64,000 nt of DNA. Origin: Octopus vulgaris (taxonomy: Eukaryota). The notes below the pieces were generated by a model, which was given only the letters and a program-made list of their open reading frames with translations, was not told where the DNA came from and made no database searches. Below are positions 40,462 to 50,700 of this stretch, piece by piece. Numbering within the stretch: position 1 is the first letter of the stretch; each line of letters starts with the position of its first letter. The translations under genes were made by a program, and so were the position numbers. The stretch covers positions 124,992,001-125,056,000 of the forward strand of contig OX597816.1 in assembly GCA_951406725.2 (NCBI GenBank). The letters run 5' to 3'.

Positions 40462-40835
40462 CATTATTCATTTGTATTTCAAGATTTCTTGTCAATAGAG
40501 TACGAACCATCTTCTAACCTAGATGCAAGGGCCCGTCATTGAAATTTCAACATCAACAACAGGGTATTTTTGTAGGTATGTATATGTGCAGATTTGTATC
40601 TTTTGTTTTATGCATTCTTCTCCTGCATATACTCTCATGCATTTCCAGACATGCTCATATATACTTAAATGATAAATTTCTCGAAAGGTTTACTGATTTT
40701 GACAGTTCCAATGGTGGATTGGGTCTGTAGTCTTCGAATCGGCTTTCTCCCTTCTGGTTTTGAGAAGCTTAATTTCTCAAGATTGGTATTTAGACAGTGT
40801 GTTATATATCACAGTGCCCCAATTATTATAGGTAT
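40462..40835 (-). mobile_element. R4/Dong-type LINE 3' end (distal part, split by Gypsy insertion)
   Basis: Minus strand IPIIIG..YITHCLNTNLEKLSFSK..RRLQTQSTIGTVKISKPFEKFII* followed by a 3' UTR. Confidence 0.75.
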
Positions 40836-40840
40836 AAACC

Positions 40841-40958
40841 TGTTATGTCGCACGTTCGGATGATCTCTCTGAACTCAACTCCTCGACGTCTAGACTTCTC
40901 CCTCTATATCTACGTATTGTGCTAGCCTACTTCATCGTCTGGGGACGTCCACACAATA
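40841..40958 (-). repeat. 3' LTR (118 bp)
   Basis: Matches 45378-45414 plus 47307-47370. Adjacent polypurine tract AAAAATGGGAGG (minus strand, 40959-40970). Confidence 0.92.
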
Positions 40959-41352
40959 CCTCCCATTTTTGAGTTTTTAAACCCGAATTTATCAATGTTA
41001 TTCCCTCGGTAAGAAACTGGCATATCTTTTTCTCTTAGCGGTAATTTCCATCATTTCTGTAAGTTTTCTCTTCCTGTCCGACCTAGGAGTCGGTTCTGAC
41101 TTTCCTTGTGGTTCTGGGACCTCGAACGCTTTTGCTTGTGGTTCTGGAACCTCGAACTAATCATACCATAAATCCATTGGTTCTTCTCACCTCTCTTGGT
41201 TTATGGTTTATCTTTTTTTTAATTGGTTTAAATGCCTTCTGTGCTAATATTTTGGTCCTTTTATCGTGTACATCACGTTACCCAGACGTCCAGTTATACT
41301 TCCTTGTTCCCAGTCCTGTTTTCCGTTACTATATATTTTAAAATATACTTTG

Positions 41353-42193
41353 TCACCTGTGTTTAAAAAATATCGTTTTTCTTCCCGAATTTTCTATTTT
41401 CTGTTTCCTAGTCGGCAACCATTTGTCAAACATAAAATATTTTTTTCTAGAAAACGTCAAATCTGCGGGTGACCTACCCGACTCTTCATTTGGATTTGGT
41501 GTTATTTTATACACCTGCAAAAACTTTGTCATATTTGTATCTTCAAGGATTTCCCGTCTGGTCTTCCTTAAGGCTCTCTTGAATGTGTCGACGAATCTTT
41601 CCGCAAACCCATTTGATCTTGGATGGTATGGCGGAGTTAACACATGCTTCATCTGAACCGATTTACAGAATCTTTCGAAAACCTTCGCCGTCAATTGTGT
41701 AACATTATCCGTCACGATCGTATCTGGGACTCCATAACGAGCGAACAGTTCTTCCAAGAAGTCAATAGTCACACTTGTGGTTGGCCTTGAACATTTACAC
41801 ACTTCAGGCCATTTGGAATAGCTATCCACCACAATGATATAATGAGAGCCATTTATTGTTCCTGCGAAATCCACATGTAGTCTAGACCATGCCGAATCCG
41901 TTTGTTGGCCACGACTGAATCTGCACTGAGGACGCCTCTACTGCCATAGCGCATCCTCTACACTGTTTTACCAGTCTCTCAATGTGCTTGTCCATATGTG
42001 GCCAATAAACGTAACTTCTCATAAGGCTCTTCATCCGGACAATCTCCGGATGTCCTACATGAAAGTCCTTTAATACTCTGTTTTGCAGTGCTTCAGGTAT
42101 TACCACTTGTGCATATAATAATACCTCATCACATACTGAATAGTGCTTTGAACCTGCGTCCCGCTCATTTATATCTTTTTTGTTACTCAACAT
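41353..42193 (-). pseudogene. Gypsy integrase (zinc-binding and catalytic core)
   Basis: HVGHP..RMKSLMRSYVYWP..CRGC; DFAG..VDSYSKWPEV..VTDN..HPRSNGFAERFV. Confidence 0.93.
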
Positions 42194-42203
42194 TTTAAAA
42201 ATC

Positions 42204-43600
42204 TTATTTATTATTTCCTGATTTCAATTTAATTTCTTCCAGTGTCACCCGCAAATCACGTACTACATTGCACAAAATGTTCTTCAGTTCCATTTCTAGT
42301 TTGAACGATGCAATCACCGTGTCTTCAAAAGGTTCCACATATTTTGGAATTAGCCTAGACAAACTTTCTGCGTGTCCCATTTTCATTGATGGCAAAACTC
42401 CATCTGGAAATCGTATTTCAACAGAGTAGTCCCCAGCGCTGTAAACGGTTTGCTGAGTGCGTGGGGATACCCCTTTTTCGAGCCAAAAATAGACAATAAC
42501 TGTCGGTGATCCGTATGCAGTATAAACTTCCTCCCATATAAGAATTTATGGAATTATTTTACTGCGAAGATTAATGATTAACGCCTCTTTTTCAGTCTGG
42601 CTGTAATTTCTTTCAGCTGGGTACAGAACTCTCGATGCATGTGCAATAGCTTTGATTTTACCATCAGTAAATGTATACAATATCACAGCTCATATACTAT
42701 ATTCACTAGCATCCGATGCCACAATTATTTTCAGATTTGGTTCGAAATGAGTTAATGATTACTCTGATGTTAACCGCTTTTTTTAATTCCTCGATTGATT
42801 TCTGACATTCGTTTGTCCAGCTCCATTTCGAGTCCTTCTTTAGCAACTTATTCAACGGAGCTCTTATCTCATACATTTTAGGCATGTACAACTGGTAATA
42901 ACTTACCAAACCTAAAAATGCTTGTAATGTTGTTTTGTAAGTGGGAGCAAGCATTTTTTTTATCGCGTCGATCCTAGAAGGGTCCGGTTTTCGTCCGTTT
43001 TCATCGATCACCTGTCCTAAGTACTTTATTTTTGTCAAGAAAAATTCACATTTATCCTCCCTTACTTTAAACCCGTAATCCCATATTCGTTTGAAAACCT
43101 CTTCCATATGTTCAATATGTTGGTCCCTTGATTCACTTTTGATCAATATGTCATCCAAGTATATAACAGCGAACTCACAATCTGCTAGCATAATATCCAT
43201 CACTTGCTGAAATATTGCTGGTGTGACCTTTACCCCAAATGGCAGTCTTTTGAAAGGGTACATACCTTTATGAGTATTGATTGTTAATACTTTAGCACAT
43301 TCTTCATCTACCAGTAATTGGAGGTAGGCCTCTGACAAATCCAGCTTGGAAAAAATGTTCCCACCATTGCACTTAGCAAATATTTCTTCTAGGTTTGGAA
43401 GCTGATGATTGTAATTTTTTTAAACAATCATTAAGACCAGTTGAGAAGTCCGCACATACTCTTACCTCGTTGTTCTTTTTTATATATACCGTAGGAGCCG
43501 CCCACTCAGAGTAGTCTACTTTTTCAATTACTTCCATGTCTTCCAATCTTTTTAATTCCTTCTCAACTTGATTTCACGCCGCAAAAGGTTCATTCCTTTA
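42204..43600 (-). pseudogene. Gypsy reverse transcriptase and RNase H
   Basis: RVCADFSTGLND, RLPFGVK, YLDDILI, YLGQVI, FLGL, DAS, AERNYSQTEKEA, TDHRQL, NRLQRWG, across frameshifts. Confidence 0.93.
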
Positions 43601-44340
43601 CGGTTTGAACATCGGCACCGCATTTTCTTTCAACTCAAACTTTACTTTAATTTTTTTACACGTACCGAGCTCTTTCGAAAAAATATCTTGGTACATCTTT
43701 TTAAATTTTAATTTCATTTTTTCCGATGCTTTCTCTGACACGGACTGTGACGCATTCACCTTGTTATATAATGTATTCAGTGATAGATCCCACAGGCCGA
43801 ACCCTTCCATTAAATCTGTCCCGAACAGATTCATTGTATTCTTAGATACATTAGTTTACATTTCCGCGTCCTGTTTTTAATTTTTTTTTCTGGTGAAATT
43901 TCGCCCAAGAATTGAATTCATTCTCCTGAAACAGCGTGGGCTATCCTAGTCGTTTATTTATACAACGGCCTGCCTATCTTACTCCATGTTGCCGTATTTA
44001 TTATCGATACGTCTGAACCGGTATCTAATTGCATTTTCGTCTGAAACCCATTTATTTCTTTTTTCTTTACTACCCACAAGGGGCTACATACAGCGGGGAC
44101 AAACAAGGACAGACAAACGGATTAAGTCGATTATATCTACCCCAGTGCGTAATTGGTACTTATTTAATCAAACCCGAAAGGATGAAAGGCAAAGTCGACC
44201 TCGGCGGAATTTGAACTCAGAACGTAGCGGCCGACGAAATACTGATAAGCATTTCGCCCGACGTGCTAACGATTCTGCTGGCTCGTCGCCTTTTATTTCT
44301 ACCAACACAAATTTTCGGTTTTGTCTGGTATAATTTACTT
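43600..44340 (-). pseudogene. Gypsy aspartic protease interrupted by a SINE
   Basis: Removing the SINE and one TSD gives RKFVLVEINGFQTKMQLDTGSDVSIINTATWSKIGRP; NLFGTDLM downstream. Confidence 0.9.
44060..44291 (-). mobile_element. SINE family B inserted in the Gypsy protease
   Basis: 9-bp TSD TTTATTTCT at 44051-44059 and 44292-44300. Minus-strand B box GAGTTCAAATTCC and core GCCTTTCATCCTTTCGGG. Confidence 0.93.
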
Positions 44341-45236
44341 TTGTTGAGTAGACTTCCTTCTGTTTTAGCATTTTCTTTGACCAGCATTTCGTCTGTATAT
44401 GTCCAATTTTACCACACTTAAAACAGGTTTTATCTTTAAGAGAGTAATCTTTCTTCAAATGTCGATCATAGCACCGTTTTGAATTTAAATTTTTTTCCTT
44501 CTTTCTGTACTTTCTTTACACATTTGTACATTATTATTCTTGTCTTCTATCTTTCTTGTATCATCTCGAATGTTTATTATTTGTTGACATTCCTCAGCCA
44601 CATTCTACAAAGTAAGTTTCACATCTTAATTCAACTTTGATAATATTCTTTTTCTAATTTTCGCGTCTTCCGTTGCCACTAGCGCATTAACGAATATTAG
44701 GTACTTGAACATATCTGGCGTTAATTCTTTCAGTTTAAACCTTTTCCCAAGCCTTATTAAACATACCGGCATATGCTACAAAATCATTGGACTCGTTTTT
44801 CTTTAAATCTAAACATTCCCATCGAATGTTAAACTGCGAACTTTTCTCGCTAAAAATATTAGTCAAAATATTTATCGTTTCACCAAACCACAATTTCGCG
44901 GGCTTTCTCGGCAAAATAAAGTTACAAAATCGTTCGTGTTCCGAAGTAGCAAGCTTTCGCAAAAGGAGCCTTAACTTCCTTTCACTAGACCATCCCTTGC
45001 ATTCCTCTCGGAATATGTATTCGTATCGTCTGTAGTATGCAGCAAAAGTAGCTCCTTAATCCGAATTGTATTGAAATTCTTCGATTGAATTTGCAACACC
45101 ATCTGTTGAAAATTATTCTGTCGTATATCTCGACTGCAGTAACAATTCTGTTAACTTCTGTAGTTGCTGCTGTTGCTGCTGTAGTTGTTGCTGTTGATGA
45201 TCTTGATTTAGTTACTGCTTTCAGTAACTCTTCCAT
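44340..45236 (-). pseudogene. Gypsy gag with CCHC zinc knuckle
   Basis: ATG at 45236, Gln-rich N-terminus, TFAAYYRRYEYIF..LLLRKL..EHERFCNFILP, CFKCGKIGHIQTKC. Confidence 0.88.
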
Positions 45237-45253
45237 TTCGATACTATTCGAGA

Positions 45254-45383
45254 CCTCGTCGCCACTGTTATATCGCAATACTACACAGTGGCTGTGTGAG
45301 CTACGCAATCCTCGTCACCACTGTTATATCACAATACTACACAGTGGCTGTGTGAGCTACGCAATCCTCGTCGCCACTGTTAT
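45254..45383 (-). promoter_or_regulatory. Primer-binding site (tRNA-Ser(GCT)-like) in a 56-bp tandem repeat, three PBS copies
   Basis: Minus-strand TGGCGACGAGG at 45254-45264 and 45366-45376, and TGGTGACGAGG at 45310-45320. Each follows ATAACA plus one nucleotide. Confidence 0.88.
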
Positions 45384-45414
45384 GACGCACGTTCGGATGA
45401 CCTCTCTCAACTCA
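45378..45414 (-). repeat. 5' LTR, PBS-proximal part
   Basis: tgttatgacgcacgttcggatgacctctctcaactca matches 40841-40877. Confidence 0.9.
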
Positions 45415-47297
45415 GATTTTTTATTTTGGCACTCGGCCACGAACACAGAGGGTACACTACAAGGACACACACAACACCACAGTGGGGACAATAAACATAA
45501 AACGAATGAGTATGAATATCATATAATAATGAAAGATGAATGGTTGCATGGGCCCCACTCCTCATACAGTACCATTTGAACCTTTATACACTCAGTCTTG
45601 TCACTCTATCTGTTGATCTTTTTTTCCTCCCTTAATTATCGTTTTTTTCCTGAAACATTTTTTCCTTTTTTTTTTTCCTCTTTTTCCCCCCTTTTAACGC
45701 CTCATATACGGCTCCAGCTCCAACAGATCGATTACCGGTGGCAGCTCATTGAACTCCACCAACACGCCGACTGTGTCAATTCTGTTCCCGCACATGTCTC
45801 TAAGGTTCTTATAGGTTTCCCTATCGACCACAATGGCCTTCACACTCTCTGGATACACGTCATTGGGCAGCTTTGCCCTTATGATATGCTTGAACTTTAC
45901 GATTTTTTCTACACCTCCTTTGTTCTTAGAATATGTCACAAAATTCCATTAGTTCTTACCTCCTCTCGGTCTTCTCCTTTCTTCCTTTACTACCTTTCCT
46001 GCCAAAAGTTCCTCTATACTTTTCCCTGAGACTGGTACCTTCTCTTTCTCTGTCTCCACTGTAAACAGCTTCTCCATCTCATCCTCTTGTAGTTGAGTTC
46101 CTGTCTTCCGTCAATTCAACTGTCAGCTTCATACTTGCTTCCTCCTTCTCTAACTCATTGTCACACACCTTAATTATTTGTTCCCTTTCCTTTACCGTCT
46201 CACTTTTATAATCTTTCTTTCTCGTTACCTCTTTCTTTTCCATCTCTTCTTTCTTCTTTTTTTTTTTTGGTTAGTCGGCGGCGGGGTTACCCTACCGCTC
46301 CTTCTTTTTCTTTCCTCCAGCGTGAATTCTTCTTCAGCTGCTTTCTCATTATTCTTGACTGCCACTGCCTGTTCGACATTTTCTCCAATCTCTCTCTGTT
46401 CTTTCCGCGAGCATCTCACCTTCATGTGTCCCTTTTCGCCGCATTTGAAACACCCAGGCGGTCTTCCCTCCACCTTCATTCTTAGTGACGGTAACACTAT
46501 TGCCTCTGCTATTTTGTTCAAGTCTTCCACTGTTGCCTGTATTGTTAGCTCCAACCCATCCCCCAGTAATCCAACTTGTTAGTTCTGGTGGCCTTCAATA
46601 TCCTGGCCTCATCTTCCATGTTATATATAATGGCTGTCATTAACCATGCCTCCTCCAGCTCTGGGGCACCTGCCCCACCCGAACTCTCGCCACACGTTTG
46701 CCGCAATAAGATGGCAGAAGAAAACATTCTTCTGAGCGGATTGCTTTCGTAACGTGTCTTAACGCTTCCTCTTCCGATGTGAAACGCACGTCCACAGCGG
46801 CATACTTTCTGCCTCTTGCTCTGAAGATTATCACATTTTCGTGCTTTCCAGCACCTTCTCGATTTCCTCCACAGTTGCTGACTCAATTTTTCTAGTAGCG
46901 ACCTTCATTGTCTTGTATGTTACTGTCTTCTTCATGACGCTATTCATAAGTTCTTCAGGTGGCGTCAACATTATCTTCTCGCCTTCCTTTTTCAGCAGCT
47001 TCTCGCTAGCTTTCATCTTCCTGGGCTCGACCTTTATTTCAAAAGTCTCCAATGTTTCTTTCTCTGCTTGTCTTCCATTTGCGGCTGCATAGCTGTGGCC
47101 GCCCTCTGGCGCCTTCTCCATTTTCCCGAATGGGAAAAACCAACTTCAACAAAAATTAACGATATAATAACCGATATTAACAACAACAATAATCAACAAT
47201 AAATTCACGTTCTACTCACAAATATAACTCAGCTTCAATAGCTCAACTTCAACAGCTCAACTTCAAAAACAACACCTGTCAACTACAAAATCCGATA
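45415..47297 (-). mobile_element. ORF1-only non-LTR-type retroelement (HAL1/Tx1-like) inserted in the LTR
   Basis: 9-bp TSD CTCAACTCA (45406-45414, 47298-47306); ~175-bp 5' UTR; one frameshifted ORF; ~280-bp 3' UTR ending AATAAAAAATC; no RT or EN. Confidence 0.8.
45694..47121 (-). pseudogene. ORF1/gag-like nucleic-acid-binding protein (RRM-like segments plus CX2CX4HX4C)
   Basis: Consecutive ORFs in shifting frames: MEKAPEGGHSYAAA..., VDVRFTSEEEA, VRVGQVP, GRPPGCFKCGEKGHMKVRC, a K/E-rich linker, and a C-terminal segment ending LEPYMRR*. Confidence 0.75.
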
Positions 47298-47306
47298 CTC
47301 AACTCA

Positions 47307-47370
47307 ACTCCTCGGCGTCTAGACTTCTCCCTCTATATCTACTTCATAGTCTGGGGGAGTCCACACAACA
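47307..47370 (-). repeat. 5' LTR, distal part
   Basis: Matches 40878-40958 except for a 17-bp indel; followed by TSD AAACC. Confidence 0.9.
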
Positions 47371-47375
47371 AAACC

Positions 47376-47780
47376 TGAACGTACAATCTGGATAAAGTGA
47401 TTGCAAATTTTTCAATAGTTCAGCGTAGGTTTTCTCTTTTTCACTGATCTTCAGGTTTACGTTCACATCCAGTGGGCAGCTGATTTCTGCAGCCATAAAG
47501 TTTCTATTCTGTACCTCAAATCATTATATCAAGTCTGTTGTGCTTACATTTTATTGAGGTTTTTACTGGGGCATACCACCAGTAATACTTTTAGTTTGAG
47601 TGGTTATGGCTTCTACAATACTGTGCCTATGCTCCATTATATACAGATTCTTATTTAATTACACGTTTTCTCCTAATGCGTTTAGCCTCACAATATTAAA
47701 TCATTTAAGAAGCGACAACACATTCACTTGCCATGATACAAGTGGTAGCCAAATCTCTTTCGTATGCCAATTTCAGTTTC
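47376..47780 (-). mobile_element. R4/Dong-type LINE REL domain (proximal part, split by Gypsy insertion)
   Basis: YWWYA..EISCPLDVNVNLKISEKE..LQSLYPDCTF continues across the TSD into RFIPIIIG. Confidence 0.75.
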
Positions 47781-50700
47781 GATGCTGATCTATCTTTCTG
47801 CCTATCTATCATAAGTGAGTGAATGTGTGTGTGCGTGTGTGCGTGCGTGTGTGTGTGTGTGTTTGAGTGTACATAACTGCTTTTGTTTGTGTATGTGTTA
47901 ATAGTATAATAAAATAAATTAATATCCATTTGGATTAAATCTTTTAGTTCGTTAGAAATAATATGTCGGTTGATGAGTGAAAAATTCCTAATTTTCACTG
48001 ACATTTATTCTACTTGAACTCTTCTTTCTTGTTTATAGGACAGAATACAACAGAGAAAATTATACCTAGGGCCTTTATATCAGTGATTTACTGAACTGTA
48101 ATATAATTAGATAAATTTAGTATTGCATGTTTAATCGTTAATATGTGGAGTTGAAACAGAGTTGATCTCATTCTGAACTGTGTGAAATCATGGAGTAATT
48201 TCCTGCTGAATATCATAAATGCAATAGTTATTGAAGTCACTGTAAATGTATGAAATTATTTGACAACAGTTATTTGTGGAGACTGAATTGAACTACTATC
48301 TTTTGTAATTACCTCTTCACACAAATAATTAAATAATAATTTCACCCAATAATATCGTAATATCGACGTATATATGGCACTGTAAATTAATAAAAATAAT
48401 ACTGGGAGAAAGACTCTCTCCATCAGTACAAAATTTGTAATCATAATGCTGAAATTGAAATAATATTGATGCGATATAATTAGACGAGAGATAATAAAAG
48501 AAGATAAATTTCAATAAGAAGATAGTTATTGATCATTTAGTATGAGAGACATTGGGCAGCAATAACGAATATGATTAATCATATGGACGACAAAACAGAA
48601 GCGTTTAGTAACTTTCTATCCTATATAAACATACAACATCCGGAAGAACGTCACAAGACCTCTATTTTCCATATATCATAACTTTCATATTGCCTGCACA
48701 AGTATCAGTCTCAACGCCTGACTGATATTTCAAGAATATTAATAATCATTCATTATTTTAATAATGTATTCTGTTTCTTTATTCCTTTTGCTTATTTCAA
48801 TGGCTTAACTCTAAAATAACAAACAATTGGTTCATAACATTTTCGGAAACAACTTGAGAAATATTTGCCACGAAGTGACCTGCCTTTATTAATATGGATT
48901 CTTATTTGTTCATCCAGCTTGTTATAGTTTTAGAAATGTGTTCTCTTATTAGATCAATAAGGCTGAAGAACTGTACAGAAGCGAAATTCGCTCTGTATAT
49001 TACTCATGCGGAAAAATTACGAATTTAGACAATGCTTCTTTATGTTGATTAGATTGTGAGGACATCAATTTCTAAATGTCCCAGAACTGATTTTATTATC
49101 AGACTAATGTCGATTTTACCAATTGTTTATTCAGAATTTCAAATTATATTTCCGGGTATCAATGTAATATTTTGTCTTTTTATCTTATATTAAATACTCT
49201 ACATTTCTGCCTTAATTGTAAATGTTATCACTGAATAAATTTTTCTCTCTGAATGTATTTATCTCTTCTTGTCATCTCTCGTGTGCCTTTTATTTTTTAT
49301 TTTTGTTTTACCCTTATATCCCTTTCATTAATTTCCTCTCTTTGCCAATCTTCATCAATTTCAGTCTTTCATTTCGCATGAAACTCTCCATCATGTTCTG
49401 CTATATATCCCTTACTTTCCACTTAGATTATTGTATGTTTTTGCTAATATTTATTTTTTGTTATCATCCCCTCCCCTTACTCTCCTTTAGTGATTTTTAC
49501 TTTGTTTTTATTCTACTGCCTCTCACAGTGTTTTCATCTTTTTCTCGCATGCTTTATTTACCAAAATTACAAGGAATAATATCATTAGGCGACTCAAGTA
49601 AAAGAAATTAGATACTTTGTAGGAAATATTTATTATATTTCTGAAACTGCCTTGGTTGACTAGAGGTACGATCTATTTTAAGTTTGGTAGCTAATATACA
49701 CAAGACTGTCTTTTAGACGTACTCTTTTTCATAAACAAATACGTTTGCGATTTCATAATTAGATTTTCTGAATTACAGTTTATATTGTTATTATTAATAA
49801 CACCAAAACCAGAACCGTGATTTCCCTCGCTTAGCTAAAACAATCGAATATTCTAATTCTGGTTGTTTTTCATTGCTAAAGTACTCTACGCGGCAATGAC
49901 GACATTATGACAAAATGTAAAATAGAATTTCTCTGCAGTTTCATTATATTTTGCTACTGTTATCATGTGATGAAAACCTTATATAGTAACGACATACAAT
50001 TTACTTCGGAGTGAGAGTCAAGATGTTATATTTCATTATACTGAGCACAGAATTTTATATGTGTAAAGGAATTGGTAAGGGAATGTGCTGATGTCTGCAC
50101 AATTATTCAACCATTCTGTTTAATTGTTTTATGCATATATGACACAATACTTTTCAGAATTTATAACCTTTTTGTAGAAGTATGATATATATTTACCTGA
50201 GACGACAGATAATATCAAAGCATATCAACACCAAATATAATCCCGGATTAGTACCACTACCATTTCGGTGAGATTTGTTGGAATAAATTCAACTATTATC
50301 TCTTAAATAGATGACTGAACTTTGGTTTTAGAATTTAAGCTATTTAACAGTCATCAACAGTTCTTTCTTGAATATTTGAATGTAACCTTATACAATTTGC
50401 TATGCCAAAATGCCTAATACAAAATATGTAGTTTTCCTATTATATGCGCTCGAATGAAAGTATGAAATTAGTCTACTATGTAGTTAAAAATGCACTTACT
50501 TCTCTGAACAAAAGGAATTCAAAATTTCTTGTCTATAACTCAAAATATTTTAGATAAGCGAATAATATTTTGATATTTCTTCCACTTTAGTTGAAATATA
50601 AATTAATTTCCACAATGAACAGTTGAATAATCCTCATATCCCACGAGTAAGACAATTACTTTTGTAAGCAGTATTCTTTTATATAAATCGTAATTCATCA

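Larger units (their letters stand above)
40841..47370 (-). mobile_element. Full-length Ty3/Gypsy LTR retrotransposon, Mag-like, decayed
   Basis: 5-bp TSD AAACC (40836-40840, 47371-47375); LTR termini TGTT...AACA (TGTT...AATA in the 3' LTR); PBS and PPT; gag-PR-RT-RH-IN order. Confidence 0.95.

Noticed and set aside
41102-41157. 30-bp tandem duplication at the integrase C-terminus
   Set aside because: Small duplication in a variable tail of a dead element; no further significance visible.
45254-45383. CRISPR-like repeat-spacer appearance
   Set aside because: The intervening segments are near-identical rather than unique spacers, there are no cas genes, and the context is a eukaryotic retrotransposon leader.
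45085-45579. 164-aa plus-strand ORF antisense to the gag start and leader
   Set aside because: Spans gag, the PBS repeat, the LTR and the nested insertion, so it is a chance antisense frame.
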